A stretch of 63,587 nt of DNA, the filler included, from Choristocarpus tenellus KU-1152 (lineage: Eukaryota; Protista; Phaeophyceae): assembly GCA_964200185.2 (NCBI GenBank). It is 10 parts of 10 records of this genome, joined end to end, with 100 filler letters (N's around TTAATTAATTAA, not from the genome) between each part and the next. Parts side by side here need not be neighbours in the genome. Positions count along the whole stretch, not along the records: positions 1 to 6,052 come from CAXNAD020009065.1; positions 6,153 to 12,279 come from CAXNAD020008879.1; positions 12,380 to 16,059 come from CAXNAD020018555.1; 7 more parts are not named here. One strand, written 5' to 3'. Position numbers and translations under genes: made by a program. This document shows positions 1 through 16,159 of the stretch, piece by piece. The notes under the pieces are model-generated. The model searched no databases. It was given only the letters and a program-made list of their open reading frames with translations, and was not told the DNA's origin. Numbering within the stretch: the stretch's first letter is position 1; each line of letters begins with the position of its first letter.

Positions 1-435
1 CACCACCAGATCATGGGCCAAGGATTGACGGGGGGGGAGAGTGGGAAATGACAATTGGGTGGGGTAGGGTGGAGGATGCATAAAGGAGGGTCAGTATTGA
101 TTGCAACAGGGTATTTTGTATGTTTTGTAATCTAAATGATAAGTTGTGGTAGTCATTTTCCCCTCCTATATTCAAGTAGTACTGGGTACAGAGTAGGACC
201 ACAAAAAAAAAAAATCGAGAAGCAAATGCAAATCCACACTCATGTGCATAACAATAGCACATACACACCTCCACACCAGTCACCATGTAGCATATGCCTA
301 ATCAAATCAAGCTCAAGTTGGATATAGCACAGATTGACTGTAAGACCAACTGATACAGTTAGAAACAAACAGGTATAGAAACATAAGGTTTTACTTTCAG
401 CTTACTGCTCTGGAATACAAACTCGGGAAACGCAC

Positions 436-3400
436 CGTCCTCCTCTTCTGAAGGTTGTCTTGAAGCAAGGACAGGAGATGTTGCCTGTTCGCTGATGCCA
501 CCTCAAATGCCTCAAACTCCCCCTTCAGACGCGAATTCAGCTCCGGAATGAGCACTGTGGTGAGGTGGGTGAGCCTGGCCTGATCCTCTGGACTGAGTGT
601 TGCCTGTCCACCAACAATGACCATTGCATATCAAATAACAGTGGCAGTTACAGGCACAACAGTGTAAGGGGGTTAGAGATATAGTATTGAGCATAAGCAC
701 AACAACTGCTGTTGTGGGAGGTGCAGGCAGATGTTCAGAAGGGCTTTTGGGAGGGGGGAGGCTGAATGGGTTGAAGCATATGGATTGCGTATACAGCATT
801 GTCCATTTTCGATGGCAAAAGTAGAGGGATTGGACTTGGGACAACGAGAAATGCTTATCGTAGCTTAAGATGAATGTTTCACTACAAATTTTAATACTTT
901 ATGCTTTGTCCAGAGGAAGTTTTTTTTCTTGGGGGTGGGGGGTGTGGGTGTAGGGGGGGTGTACGAGGCAATGTAGAGCAAACGATTGGTATGGGAGGAA
1001 AAGTCACTCTCCTCACATAGTACACTAGCGAGCAAGTCATGATCAAAAGGATCTTTCACCGGGCTGGGTAAATATTATGGCTGCAGTCTGGGTCATGGAA
1101 GTGGGTCGACCTGAGAAACATAAATATCTGATGACCCCCAACATACTAGGGCAGGTTGGGCCACCTGGGCTTGTAGAAATCTCTTATGGCCCTGGACTGG
1201 CCCCATACATATACATATATACTCATACATATTTATTACATTATTGGAACCAGACTGGTGTGGTCATAACAAGCAGTGCTGACCCTTAAATTGTCCCCAA
1301 AAACCATGGGAATAAACACACTTCATGCATCCCTCCAGTTACATCCTTTTTGACCACAAAATGATAGTATCTGGGCTCAGAAATATACCCTTAAATTCTT
1401 AATCAGGTTGTGGGTCAGCGCAGTGGAAACCTCTGACAACCCTGAACCGGATTATCTCACCTCTCAATTCAACATTGGAGCATAAAGAGAGGCATTTGAA
1501 ACAAATAGATGTGCTACCTCCCAATTGTGAACCTGAAAAATATTAGTATTGGAATGACCAGTGGCCTAGACCCATTGAATATCCGAAAAACCCTTGACTC
1601 GTAATGTAAAAATATATCGAAACTGGACTGGTCAACAAACCACACCATGAAAATACTTGGTAGACCAGGTCTGGATCTGTCAGAAAATTATGTAACTGGA
1701 CCGACACATGGACTGGACTGTTAACATTTGCTCAGTCCTGTGAAAGTTCCTAATAATCAGTACATCATCTCTTACTCCTTTTTCCCCCTCGAGTCAAAGT
1801 ATCTTAGGGTTAGGGTAGAGCCACGTCCGTTTTGGAGCCAAAATCCAAAGTTGCAATTTTGATGAAATTTTGGCTATCGTGTTTGTCAGGAAGTGTCAAT
1901 ATCCTTGTTCTGGACACACCTTTCATAACGTATACATTTTACCTACTCTGAAACATTTCGGAATAGGATAATGTCATAAAAAATCCATAGGAAGCCAAGT
2001 CCCAAATGGACAAACAGGGCAAAACTCGTATCGTCTAAGATAATTTCACTCCCTCCCCTGCTGTACATCACTTCATAACTCCGAGGTTCTGAATGAGAAA
2101 GTAGGCAGAGAGAGATTTAAAGAATAATCTTGAATGTACATCTTCACCAAACTGAAAACCTTAAATGCTGACAGATGCTTGCGGTTCAAACAGCACTTGG
2201 TTACACAAAAAAATGACAAAACAGGGTAAATCTATAAGACGCATCTAAGCAACAAAAGAAGAATGAACTTCTACGAACTGCAATTTCAATACTGTCGCGT
2301 CCTGTCGTAAAATGAAAAAAAGTTCTAAACATTCAAAATCCATACCATCCCAAATATTCCAATACAGTAAGAGAGCAAGGGAGGGTATGGTGTTGGGGGC
2401 GTCATAGCAACACTGCACTGCAGTGTATATATAAAGTTGTAAATATTTTGTAGCATCAAAAGTGCGATACATGTTTTGGAATTGTTGCATAGCTCCCCCT
2501 TCCCCTTTCCCCCGGTTAGTTCTCTATTTCCTGCCCCTACTTCGCACCATAAGTGGTGTCCCTATTTCTGCCTCCAGAAGGTCCGCCCTGTTTTCCTCCT
2601 GTTGAGCCTCTAGGCGGACCTGGGCCACAAGGAGGGTTTGTGGGGGGGAGGAAGGGGGAGAGAAAGGATGGAGAATGGGAAGAGATAAATAAAATGTGAT
2701 TCATAGCACCCAAGCTATGTACAGGGGATGTGAAGATATTGACTAGAACATACGAGGAGCAGAAGTTGTGTATGGGAAGGGGGAGTGGCATGGAACAAAA
2801 TATCCATTTTGCTGGCAGGTCAGTGACAACAAATCAGAGGTTCCTGCCTACCAAAAATCGAGGGCTGAGAGGGTCAGCACAGTGTAAGTTATACAAATAC
2901 ATGCACATAATCTTGGCAATTTAAGCTAAAAATCCATCACACCATCATTGATTTCGTTCAGAGTCATACCATACCGGGGTTTTAAATAAAAGCATACAGC
3001 CTGGCAGGTCACCATCAACTTGGAAATTGGCGTTCGGCAGAACAGTAAGATGCTAAGGATTCCCCACTGAACGGTACAAGCAATTCTACATATACCATCA
3101 ACAATTTTATCTTAATCATACCATACCACCGACTAAACTGAAACCCTATTGAAAATGCTGTACCGTACCACCAGCTCCACTGTTCCCATACTAACTTCCC
3201 TACACAATGGATATAAGGACCTCCATATCTGAGGAAGGCATTAGTCCTATTGTTGGGAGGGCAAGAAATAGCTTACCCATACTATAGCACCTTTGCTTGT
3301 TGTGCTTGAAATAAGAGAATCAAAAGTGCTTGTCCATTACCCAATAGCCGACTGTCACTACCCAGTAGATGGACCTCTTCAACTAAGTTTATTCTTGTGT

Positions 3401-4480
3401 TGATCGAACAAAATACAGCACCGTGTAGAGGACTTTCATCCACTGATTGAACTTTGGGGGAAAGGACTTGCCTAAAAAGATCAATGGCATTCCTACAAGA
3501 AACAGCACACCCACACCCCTCCCACCCAACACCCCCTTCCTCTCAACCTCAGCTGATCCTACCCTGTCCAAAAGGTCCTTTTTCTTGAGCAATGACTCCT
3601 TCGTAGTAGCCACACTTGAGACTATCAATCCCAATTCCTTGCTTGTCTGGCCCACCACATGCCTAACACTTGTGCGCTTCGCCTCCAGCTTCTGCACCTC
3701 ACCCATTAAGTTGGTGACTGCCTGATCCGCTTGTGTCACCTAGGTTGTTGTCATGGCCATGAGAGCAGCCACACGAGTAGAGAAATAGGGTCAAAAATTA
3801 CGTATGGGTAGGGAGATAAAGAGGTGAGACTTGAAAATTGCTAGCAAGTCTCACAGAGGTGAACTACTGTACTGTGCATATACTGTGTTGCCTCTTTTTT
3901 CCTGCAGTCATTTGTTGTCTAGTGTTTGAATTATATTCTGTACACAGCAGGAAAGATCCAAATCCTTGGACCCACGGAAATTTTCTGTTGTTCACAGAGT
4001 CAATGACGTTTCAAGGCACATAGTCCCACAAACTGAGTATAGTTGTGGCTCTCACTCCTGTGTGAATGAAATAAGTGAGGAAGGTCAAATTTTGACTTCT
4101 GCCTCCGTCCCCCCATTTAATGCCAAAGTTCCCCCTTCACCTACTAAACAAAGCCTGTGAAAGGCATACAGTCACATACCCTCACCCCCTATCCTTGCAG
4201 TGATTTTCATCAGGGGGACAAATATCAATGACACTGAAGCAGGAAGGGGGGATAGGGTGGGTTACAATAGTGTAGAGACTTTCCTTCAGTCTACCACAAC
4301 AGTACGCACCTTCTGTTGCATCTCTTTCTGGTCCTTGGAGAGGGCCTTGAGCTCTCTTGTAGTGGATCGAATGCGCTCCAGAGCTACCAGCTTGCCTCCC
4401 CTCTCGTCCTGGTAGCCACCACACAGGCCACCCTTTCGGTTCACCTCATCACCCTCCATGGTGAGGGTGTCCATGTCGTA
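436..4480 (-). CDS. SMC3: Cohesin subunit SMC3, internal exons (end of hinge plus C-terminal coiled coil), partial
   Basis: Four phase-0 GT-AG exons on the minus strand (4480-4310, 3739-3563, 2619-2548, 603-436) splice to YDMDTLTMEGDEVNRKGGLCGGYQDER...ADQAVTNLMGEVQKLEAKR...LEAEIGTPLM|ATLSPEDQARL...LQDNLQKRRT. This is collinear with SMC3 (human [25 protein letters not shown]...[21 protein letters not shown]...LNENLRKR). A probable upstream exon stub lies at 6052-6045 (GACAAG|GTAATC). Confidence 0.92.
1791..2051 (+). mobile_element. MITE family A, copy 1 (261 bp, in SMC3 intron)
   Basis: Terminal inverted repeats GAGTCAAAGTATCTTAG / CTAAGATAATTTCACTC, flanked by CCTC on both sides. Internal sequence is homologous to 48704-48921, 50385-50676 and 62521-62780. 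Confidence 0.85.
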
Positions 4481-5319
4481 CTGCAGGAAGCAAAGGGAAG
4501 AAACAGTCAGGGGCAGGGGGGTGGGACTGTGGTGGGGGTGGGTGGGTGTGGGGTGGCAGAGGGTCGGGAATTTTCAACAGATTTCTCTTTGGAACCATCG
4601 GAAAGCATGACTATTGTCAAGATAATATTACTCGATGTTATTGAAAATAATAATAATAAGAAGAACAGTAACATTCAGGGGTAGTGGGCATGATGTGAAA
4701 AAGTCACATTACACCTCAACAAAAGGATTGCCTCTCTTTCGCTACAATGAGTCAATCTGGTGTACTCAACCTTCGACACTGAGCTGACCTGTTTGCATGG
4801 ATGGGAACGTTGTCATAGTGGACCAAATGAAAGCCAAAATGAGCATGTGTTTGCAGGGGGGGAGGAGGGTACGGGGCTATCATAGAGGAAGGCTGGTCAG
4901 GGCATTGTTCAAAATATATGCAGTGTTGGTGCCAAGGATATTTACTTGCCAAAAGCCTATACTGAATCTCTTCTAAAGACCCACAAAAACACATTAATAT
5001 CTCCAATCATTTCTTGGTCACCAAATTGAGCTTGCACCACAAACAATGTCTATCTACTACATTGCAAATGCACTTTTTCCTCCAGAAAGTCTTACTGGTC
5101 ATGCCCTGTGATTATTTGATGTACTGACGCTTCTGATATGTTGACCCATTAGATGCCCAAAAAGAGATACTTGAGTGACGAAAATGTAACAACCAAAGGC
5201 CTCCTATGTACACACATATTCCAAGCATCACTGCCTACCTTTCACAGCAAAAATAATGTTTGCCAATGCAACTCAAGGCTCTTATATATATTTTTCTTTC
5301 CTGGAATTTGTTTTGGGGC

Positions 5320-5385
5320 ATCCTTGTAGCTTAGTGGTTAATGGAGAGTGTTCCCTACATCTATTTCACAGATTCAAACCACCTC
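5320..5385 (+). other. tRNA-like Pol III A/B-box remnant (possible SINE head or tRNA pseudogene)
   Basis: A-box TAGCTTAGTGG at 5327 and degenerate B-box GATTCAAACC at 5371, with tRNA-like spacing of about 45 nt. No intact cloverleaf. Confidence 0.3.
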
Positions 5386-6052
5386 TATACTCCAATCCCT
5401 TTTCAAGGAAATCTGGTTTTCAGTGATCCAAAGTCCATATGGCAAACTCTATGGAATGTACATGTGCATTGTCCTTTCTGTTACTACACCACAAAAATTC
5501 AGAAAACCTGAAGCAAGGTGGCAAGAGAGCGATGCCAAGGTGGGCATCGCACAAGATTCAAGGGAAGAGGTGGAGTGACGGGCGGTGGGATGGCATGAAC
5601 AAAGGCAGTGCAATTGACCGTAGTCCAACAATTAGATCTATTAGTATGAGAGTAGTGCAGTGCGTAGTGCCTCTGACCACAAGCTGAGATAGTCTGCAGA
5701 CTACAGTGAAAAACAATGGTGATGGCGATAAAAAAACTATAATTATGATACCCCTACATGTCCATATCTTACCATTGTACATCTCATCTGTTAACATAAA
5801 AATCTACCTGCTCATGTACTCCAAGTGTACATTTCTTTGTTCCGCACTTCACAAACAAAAAGTTCAAAGAGAGAAACAAAAAAATGGTAAAAGTATGTTT
5901 TGCTAATCATCAAACACAATCAAGTAGTTCTATTAATAGGACCAGGGGTAGTGAGGCAGGGTTCAGGCAGAGGGAGGGGTGATTGATACAGGGGCAGGTA
6001 TAGGATCATGTGTGTGAGTACGGGGGACAAGGGGCTGCGATTACCTTGTCAG

Positions 6053-6152
6053 NNNNNNNNNNNNNNNNNNNNNNNNNNNNNNNNNNNNNNNNNNNNTTAA
6101 TTAATTAANNNNNNNNNNNNNNNNNNNNNNNNNNNNNNNNNNNNNNNNNNNN
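6053..6152. other. Artificial contig linker
   Basis: N44-TTAATTAATTAA-N44, giving stops in all six frames. Confidence 0.99.
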
Positions 6153-6762
6153 ACGGGTACATACTGCCAACAATAGTGCTGTAAATCTAACAGTTACAAG
6201 TCAACAGGTTGAAGAACGGCCAACATCAAAATACATATTTGTCAAGAGGCGATCAAATTGGTCACGTTTCTTGTACATATTTGTCCCCTGACTGAAACTT
6301 CATCCAGGATGCTCAGAACACCGCTTGCACATTTTAGTTCTAATGAAGTACATCCCACTTTTTCTCAGGGGGGGCAGGGTGGGGGGTGGGGGGGAGGCGA
6401 TGCAATACATACTTTGCGCCAAACCTTCCCATTCACCACAATAGATAGAGGTAATGCACACGAACACACAAAATACAGGGTTTCTTCACCTGCAAAAAAA
6501 AATGTCAACATAGTAATAAAAATAAATAAATAGTGACATCATCAAGCAGTACAGAGGGTAGTACAACACACAGACCGACACCGTCTCAACTTATCTGGTC
6601 TCATAGGCATCGCAACCCTTTGCTGCCTACACACACCATGTTGAGGCACTACCACAATGAAAACAGCTTACGACCCTAACCCTAACCCTAACCCAACAAC
6701 ACGCCACACATTGGAACTTCGACCCTAACAGCAAAACCTCACGCACGCAATCTTAACGATTA

Positions 6763-9019
<2,257 letters not shown>

Positions 9020-9449
9020 GGCACCACCCCTCCCCCTTCCACCTATTCCCCCTCACGTCGCCAACAAGTTGGTCGCAGAACCAAGCCCTTTCTTTGATTC
9101 CCACAAACGTCGGGTCAATGTTGACGACTCCAGTTACTAGCCTCCCCCTCGACGTACACGTCTTAAGAGAGCGATAACAATGAGAAAGGGTATCACAGGG
9201 TGGGGTTGGTGTACCCTTGTGTCTCAGCGCGGTTTCTCCTCTGCGACCTGGGACAATATTGTGAGAACCCGCCACCTGCTGTTTCAGAACCTGGCGTAAG
9301 AGCCCTAACCCTATCACCATGTAAAAGTAGTAAGTAGTTCACAGTAAGAAGTGATACAGTACCTACTACTATTGTTGTACTACTAACAGTGAAGTTGCAG
9401 GTTGTTTGGTACTGTTGAGAAACGGTGGAGGCTGTTAGACCTGGGAAAA
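9020..9449. promoter_or_regulatory. Probable bidirectional promoter and 5' UTR region between RAB18 and SDHAF2
   Basis: Divergent start codons at 9019 (-) and 9450 (+) are only 430 bp apart within one contig. Confidence 0.6.
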
Positions 9450-11554
9450 ATGGCATGGAGAAATAAGTGCCGGATGGTGCAGGTGGCTTCTTGGTCAATA
9501 GGTGGGAGACTAAGGTCGGGACCTCTGGGTTTGTCACACTCAGCAGCCTCGTTCAACTCGGTTGCTGGAGGCAAGGAGGCGCGACCATCGGGTTCTGGGG
9601 GCGAAGAACTTCTCGAGAGGCTGAGTGAGGAACAGGTTAGTCCTTTATTGTCTCCAGATATGTGTCGCTTATGAATTGAAAGCCTTCTGCTCTCTTCCTG
9701 TGCAATATATCACAGTGGTGCAAAGAACTTTGTGGAATGAGATTGCAGGCTCCTTTTTCGCCTCGTCCTTGCCCGTTTGTCATAAGGAAGAACTTACCGC
9801 TGTCTCAGTGATGCATCATGTTGACATGTTTTTCTGCCCCACGTCTTGGGCTTGCGAGCAAACTGCACCAATTGCTTCGTCGCCTTGTATTGTACCTCTA
9901 TTTTCTGTTAATAGGGTGTAGATTTGACACTACATTTATCTCCTTGTCCCTGCATATGCAATCTGATGTATCTTGGTGTGCATCAGGTACGTCGCATAGG
10001 CCAGCGCACACAGGAGATGTGGAAGGACCACGTGTCCCTTAAGACACTCTTTCCAAAGGCCAGCCTACCACCAGAGGGTGCATCTGCTGTGGCCCCAGAT
10101 GTCGTGCGCAGGAAACGACTGGTGTATCGAAGCAAGCAAAGAGGATGGCTTGAGGTATGCAAAATTGTGGAGTTCATTTGCTTTTCTGGGTGGAGGTGTG
10201 CCAAACGGGTGGAACTCACTGCGATGAAGGGACATGACTTAGGTGTTTTGGTATACTTCGAGATATTCGAGTTCTTAGTACTATTAGTAGCTTACAAGGG
10301 CTGTATTCTCAGGCAGTTTTCTAACTGCAAGGAAAAGGCTTTCTTGATAAGTCAACTGTTCTTCTTTCAAGGCAGTTACTACCTATTGAAACTCGAGTGA
10401 CACGATCCTCAGTGTCTGTGAGAGAGTTAGTCATGTTTCGCTCATAACCCATAACGCTAAGGGAAGTGTGCCATGATGTCACTTCGCAAACTTTAGAATT
10501 TTCCTTTGTTACACCTTTTTGGTGAAGAGTGGGGAAGATATGTTCGCCTTTGAGGTTGGGAGACCTAATGGGTTGCGCACCTACAGTCCTCTTCATCTCG
10601 TCTTTTGAGTTTTAATGGGAAAAAATAATTACCCTGTTCAAATGCTCTGCACAACAGCTTGCTAATAGACATTTTGTTTGTCCTCACCTCTATCCCAGCA
10701 TGCCCATCTGTGGTTGCACTGTTTTGGCCTGCAGGCGACAACTGTGTTGACAGCATGAAAGTTTTCAAGCATGGCAATCTGTACCCTTTGAAATATAGTG
10801 TGGGGTTAGTTTTTAACTAGAAGGTATGTCAGTTCTTTTTGACCAAGCAATAAAAACGTTGGTTTACAGCAATTATGTCACCATTGGTCATTTATCCTCT
10901 CAAGTCACCACCCGCTCCAGAAATTATAAGAATACATGATACTACTTAGATTCTCCTCCGCTTATTCTAGAGAAGTAGAGAGAGTATTGTTTTAGTTACT
11001 GTCCTGCTACAAGTGGTAACAAAGCTATTTTAAACAGTGGTTAGTTATGTGGAATCACAATCGATTTAGAGAGGGAGTGTGTGAAAGCAGTGTCTGCAGT
11101 GCTATTGAAGAAGCAAGAGTTACAGTTGGATAACTGAGACAAGAGTAAAGCCTCCTTATTTCCAAGGCAATGTAATCAAGTGCCTTGGTTTCAGGCAAAA
11201 TATAGAGCCCTCTCTCGCCTTGGTATGCATACTAATTCATTACGATGATCTCACCGTTCAGGAGTGTTTTAACTCAGAGTACTTGATGGGTGCCAGCAAG
11301 AAACTCAGAGGGGAAAAATACCATTCAGGCCCTCCCATTCGCCCCATACTTTTCCCTGCACTGGGTATGGAAAGGTGGACCTGCTGCTTGGAACATGGGC
11401 AGAGAGCAACGTGTGGTCTCTGTCAAATGAGGAGCTGGACCAGTATGAAGACATTCTGAACTGCGAGACGGTCGACATCTTCAACTTCATCTCTGACAAT
11501 GCCTCCGTAGAGATCCCTGCGTTTGTGAAGACTCCAATGATGGACCGGTTACAG
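9450..11554 (+). CDS. SDHAF2: Succinate dehydrogenase assembly factor 2 (Sdh5/SDHAF2), mitochondrial; last exon not located
   Basis: Phase-0 exons 9450-9635, 9987-10154 and 11375-11554 give an Arg/Ser-rich N-terminal presequence, then RRKRLVYRSKQRGWLE|VDLLLGTWA...LSNEELDQYEDILNCETVDIFNFI. This is the Sdh5 RGxxExDL signature. Confidence 0.9.
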
Positions 11555-12279
11555 GTGAGGGTGTATAGGGACATTGGTGTGTGTGATTGTTGAAGAAGCG
11601 AGGGTGGGAACTATCAGCAATGGGTACAAGCAGGGAGACCTAGAGAGTAGACCATGGTGTTTTCAAGGGTGTACTGTATTTTGCACAATCAAGAAAGAGG
11701 CCTTAGAGCACTTGGGTACAGAGAGGAAAGAGAGACGGTCACCCATGGGCACACTTTCTCTCTGTGTACAAACAGAAAGGGGGATGGAGGTAAGGAACAT
11801 GTGCTTGTTTGGGTGATGAAATGTGAGGGCAGAAATTGTCGGGAAGGGGCAGGATAGTTTGGGGGGAGGAGGATATGCATACGCACATGAAGGTACTTTC
11901 GATGGAATTGGACACAAGTCCACTCGGTTGTTTTGTGCTGTGTACTGACTGCTGAGTGAGGCGACTGGCGCGTCAAATCATCATGAACAAGCTTGGAGGA
12001 ACTTTGGGCGATTCTTGTGTTGTGCATGTTGTGGGGTTGTCTTTGTGTTGTCTTGATGATGACCTCTTGCCAAGCTTACCTTTTCATGAGGCATTAGCAG
12101 TCACTGTGGGGGTGATAGTGGTGAGAAGGATCAAAATCAGTTGAGTGGGGGTACTTCTCTTGCTGGGGGATGGTGACTGCATCTTGGCTGTAGTGTTTAT
12201 GTTTGCACTGCTTGTGAGTGTGACAGGGTTGCCAGGAAATAGCAATGAAGTCTCCTCTCTGTACTCTTCCCCCCCCCTG

Positions 12280-12379
12280 NNNNNNNNNNNNNNNNNNNNN
12301 NNNNNNNNNNNNNNNNNNNNNNNTTAATTAATTAANNNNNNNNNNNNNNNNNNNNNNNNNNNNNNNNNNNNNNNNNNNN
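12280..12379. other. Artificial contig linker
   Basis: N44-TTAATTAATTAA-N44. Confidence 0.99.
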
Positions 12380-12412
<33 letters not shown>

Positions 12413-12804
12413 ATGCTCTGAAGTGCCATCCTATGGAGAGCGACCACAAAAATCAAATTGTTGGTGCTGGCCTGCTGGCCTACGTTTGATGTAGTGTGTA
12501 CGTGATTAGGTAGACAAGGAGACCACTTATGCACTTATACACCAAGGTATTCTTGGCCGATCATTTGAGGGAAGGGCCTGACGGCATTAGAGCTCTTCGT
12601 GTAATTCTTCAGATCAAGCAAAAATGCTAGGAACAAAGGTTCAGGTGTACTTACCACTCTCCTGAGAATGCACCTGTACCTGCTTCCTTGATCTCGAAAT
12701 ATTTGTCTCAAGTTCTGTTGGATGGCGATGTCAGGTAACTTGGAATGTTGACTAAGGGGTCCTTGACTTTGTGCTGCTCTCTCTGAAACGACATTTAGGC
12801 TCCT

Positions 12805-15399
12805 ATGCCTCCCTCAGAGAGGCAGCCTCTTCCCCCATCCTTCCACGGTGGACTGGAAAGTTCTCCTCCATTTCCGTCTCCCGAGCAAGGTCAGAGTTTA
12901 TACGATTTGAAAACAAGCAGTTTTGATGGAGAGCTTGGTGGCAATGAGCAGGTAGGTGGGGTAATCAGTGGGGATGGAGTTTTCCTTTTTTTGTGTGTTT
13001 TCCATTTTTTTGGGGGGGGGAGGGAGTAAAGGGTAGAATGTAGAGAAGAGACCAAAGCTCTTATGTCCAAAAGTCCAAACATGAACGAACTACAGAGTAT
13101 GGTTAGGTCTGATAGTACTTCTCATCCAAGAACCAGGTATCCCTGAAACTCAAAGAAAACATATGTGTACTTTGACCATACCCTGACGATTGGATGGTAG
13201 AGGTATCTCGTGCAGAGCAGCTTTGAAGTAGTAGCCTCTGGCAAGTGGGAAAATGGCGTTTGACATTCTGATCCAGTTGCAGAAGTGCATTTAGCTAAAG
13301 TTGTAGGATGCCAGCAGCAAACAGCGGGAGTGAAGTGTTATGCATGGTGTAGGGCTTGGGCGGGGTATTGAATTTTGATGTCCATGGCTGAAGGAAAATG
13401 GAGTAGCAGCTTGCATTAGAGATATATCTGAAGTGGTTATCTTAGAGGGGAGGTGGCTGGGCCTTTTTGATAGATTTAGGTTGGTCAATGTATTTGGTTG
13501 ACTTGCACACTGCACCCTCCGCTCACTCCACACAGGCTACTAGGGTTGTTGCTAATAGTGTTCATGAAAATCAGAAGGCAGTGTGGAAGGAGGAGATGGT
13601 GTCGTTTGGAGGATGGTGCAACCTTACCAATGTTAACAAGTGCTGTAAGCCAGTAGTTGTTGTTCGATTTATCAGGAAGGCCTTCGTCTAAGAACAGGCT
13701 CACCCTCTAAGATAATTTACTTGTTTGTGTTGGGAAAACAGGGACTTGCCCTTGGATGCATCAGTCGCCATCACATGGTTCAAGAGTTGATAGAACGACA
13801 TATTAAAGGCTCAGGCTGCGACAGTTATAAATATATATATATGTACTATTTGTATACCCTGGAGATTTTTTTTTATATACAAATATTGGCTTCATCTTAT
13901 TCATTCCACAGAAAATATAACACTCTGGCTTGTTAGGTCCAGGGTTGGAATGAAGCCTAGACCAACAGCTGTGGGGAAGTTTAGGCAAGGTACCACTGCT
14001 TTAGTTGGGGACACCTATATATATATACACATATGTTCATATCGGTTGTGGTTTGGGGCATGTATAGGAAATGACAGGACAACCTTCAAGGCAGAAATCA
14101 CAAGGTATGAGAGTCAACACCTGGCAGTAGGTAGAATCCACGGCTGGAATACTCCTATCAATGTTTCAGAGACATACACCCCAGAAAATATACTACCTAG
14201 GGGTAAATATCAACATCAATGTTTTTGAATGCATATATTCATTCTAGGAGCAAAGGCACCGCAATTTTCATGATGCTGCAGGGGAAAAGGGGCCTGGAAG
14301 GGATGTTGCAGGGCGACTCCATAGATTTGGATCTAGGAAGAGGTGAGAAGCTTCGCCTGGTCATGCCATCAAACTAAAGGGTTGGAAAAATAGAGAGTGT
14401 TTTGACTTGTTTGTTATTATGTCAGAGTTGAAGTGCCAACTATGCCAAATGGCAATGCAGCGTGAAATGGATAACATGTGTTACTGCAGGCAGCTGATAG
14501 GGCAGCAATAATTACACCAGCCCCTCTTCTCCTGTGAAGGTGAGGACACCCGAAATGTCCTGCTAAATCCCCCCTTCCATGATATGATTGGGTTGCTCTT
14601 TGTTTGCCTCACAAACGTATGCGCCTCATGTGAGCACCGGTGTCGGTTCATGTGATTTGGCCTTCACAATGAAAAGATTGCGCTATCTGAATGTCTTTTT
14701 CCCCTCCATGAAGTTGTTGGGGGTTTTTTGCGTGAAGAACTAAATTGCCCCCTCATTCACAGACGTTGGGTTCACTTTTTCACTCTTCAAAAAAAAAAAG
14801 TAGATTTTTTTTCTCTCAAACTGGATTGGCGATCTCAGATCATGCGCAAGGGTATCTATCCACTTCAGCAATAAATCATCCCATCAACGTCCCACAAGAA
14901 CAGGGGCGTGCCAGGGGATAGTAAAGCGGAAGCCGAGGAAGAGGACAATCCGGATGGTAGGCCGGGGAGGGGGGGCAACCATGCCCTGCGAAAGCATCAG
15001 CAATGGCTAGAGCGCTTGGGACAGGTATGGTACCTATATATGGCATCAACAGAAAAACTATGCTTTGATGCCACCAACGCCTACAATGCTCCCAATATCA
15101 CCTAGCATACTCATTCAAGTACAAGCGAGACTGCTCCGACCTTAATGCAAAAAATTACAGCTCCTGATTCTCTCTAAGAGTCAGTCCAAATTGCTGAGTG
15201 CTGATGGCAGGAGAAGCGCATTGCCAGACAGGAAGAGGAGGCAAGGGTTCAAAGGGCAGAAGCTGCTCGTCGCCGAACACGTGACCTCCTGCTCGAGAGA
15301 GCAAAGCAGAGGTTACTTGGAGGAGGAGAAGGGGTGAAAGTGGGGCTGGCAGGGCAGCCACTGTATGCCATGGACACAACAGCCGCCAGGCACAGCAAG
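12805..15399 (+). CDS. Uncharacterised protein with a charged/coiled-coil segment, partial, model uncertain
   Basis: Candidate exons with GT-AG sites: 12805-12951, 14248-14342, about 14839-15024, and 15211-15399. The best-supported part is NHALRKHQQWLERLGQ|EKRIARQEEEARVQRAEAARRRTRDLLLERAKQR. The third exon needs +1 G in the G run at 14969-14975 to stay open from the 14838 acceptor. Confidence 0.45.
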
Positions 15400-16059
15400 G
15401 TTAGCTTCAATGAAGGATGCTGGTGCTCATTTGCTTTGACGTGTGTGTGTGTGTGTGTTGTTGACATGCTTTAGATAGGTTGTGCCCTTTTGTGGGGAGT
15501 GTAAAGTACACAGTAAACAGTTTGGTAGTATAAATGTTTCATGAACCTCTGAAGTCCAGGTGAGAAATTCGGTTGATGGAATGTTGTTCAGAAGGCATTG
15601 TGAAAATGAGGAAAATCGTTCAGTATTGTATTCACCTCTCAGCAAGCTACTGTTGCCGTACCACCTAAATACTATAGAGTGTGTTTCTTGTGTTCAGTGG
15701 TGTGATTGTTATTGTCTCTAGGGCCCAACAGCTACAGTGGCCAGGTATAAAACGAGTAGCACGACCTAGACAGATCTCTCATTTCTCCTCAAGTTTCCCT
15801 TTTTTTTGTTTCTTTTTTGAGTGACAAGATATCACAGCAACACTTGTTTGTCTCCTTTTTTCTAGAGTATGACCTCGGAGTAGGTGCCACATGAGTTGCA
15901 GTCCTGCCTCGCCCTAGGCAGCAGTGTGTTTACTACAACTGTCTACTGTAAGACCGCTCTGACCTCTGTCCTCTCCTCCCCCCCCCCCCCCCCCCCCCCT
16001 TTCTTTTCCTACACGAACGGAGAGGAAAGGGAGGGGGAAGACGACCCGCACGAAGAAAA

Positions 16060-16159
16060 NNNNNNNNNNNNNNNNNNNNNNNNNNNNNNNNNNNNNNNNN
16101 NNNTTAATTAATTAANNNNNNNNNNNNNNNNNNNNNNNNNNNNNNNNNNNNNNNNNNNN
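16060..16159. other. Artificial contig linker
   Basis: N44-TTAATTAATTAA-N44. Confidence 0.99.

Noticed and set aside
1059-1745. Scattered GGNCYGG-rich motifs suggesting an old TE in an SMC3 intron
   Set aside because: Too degenerate to define ends or a family.
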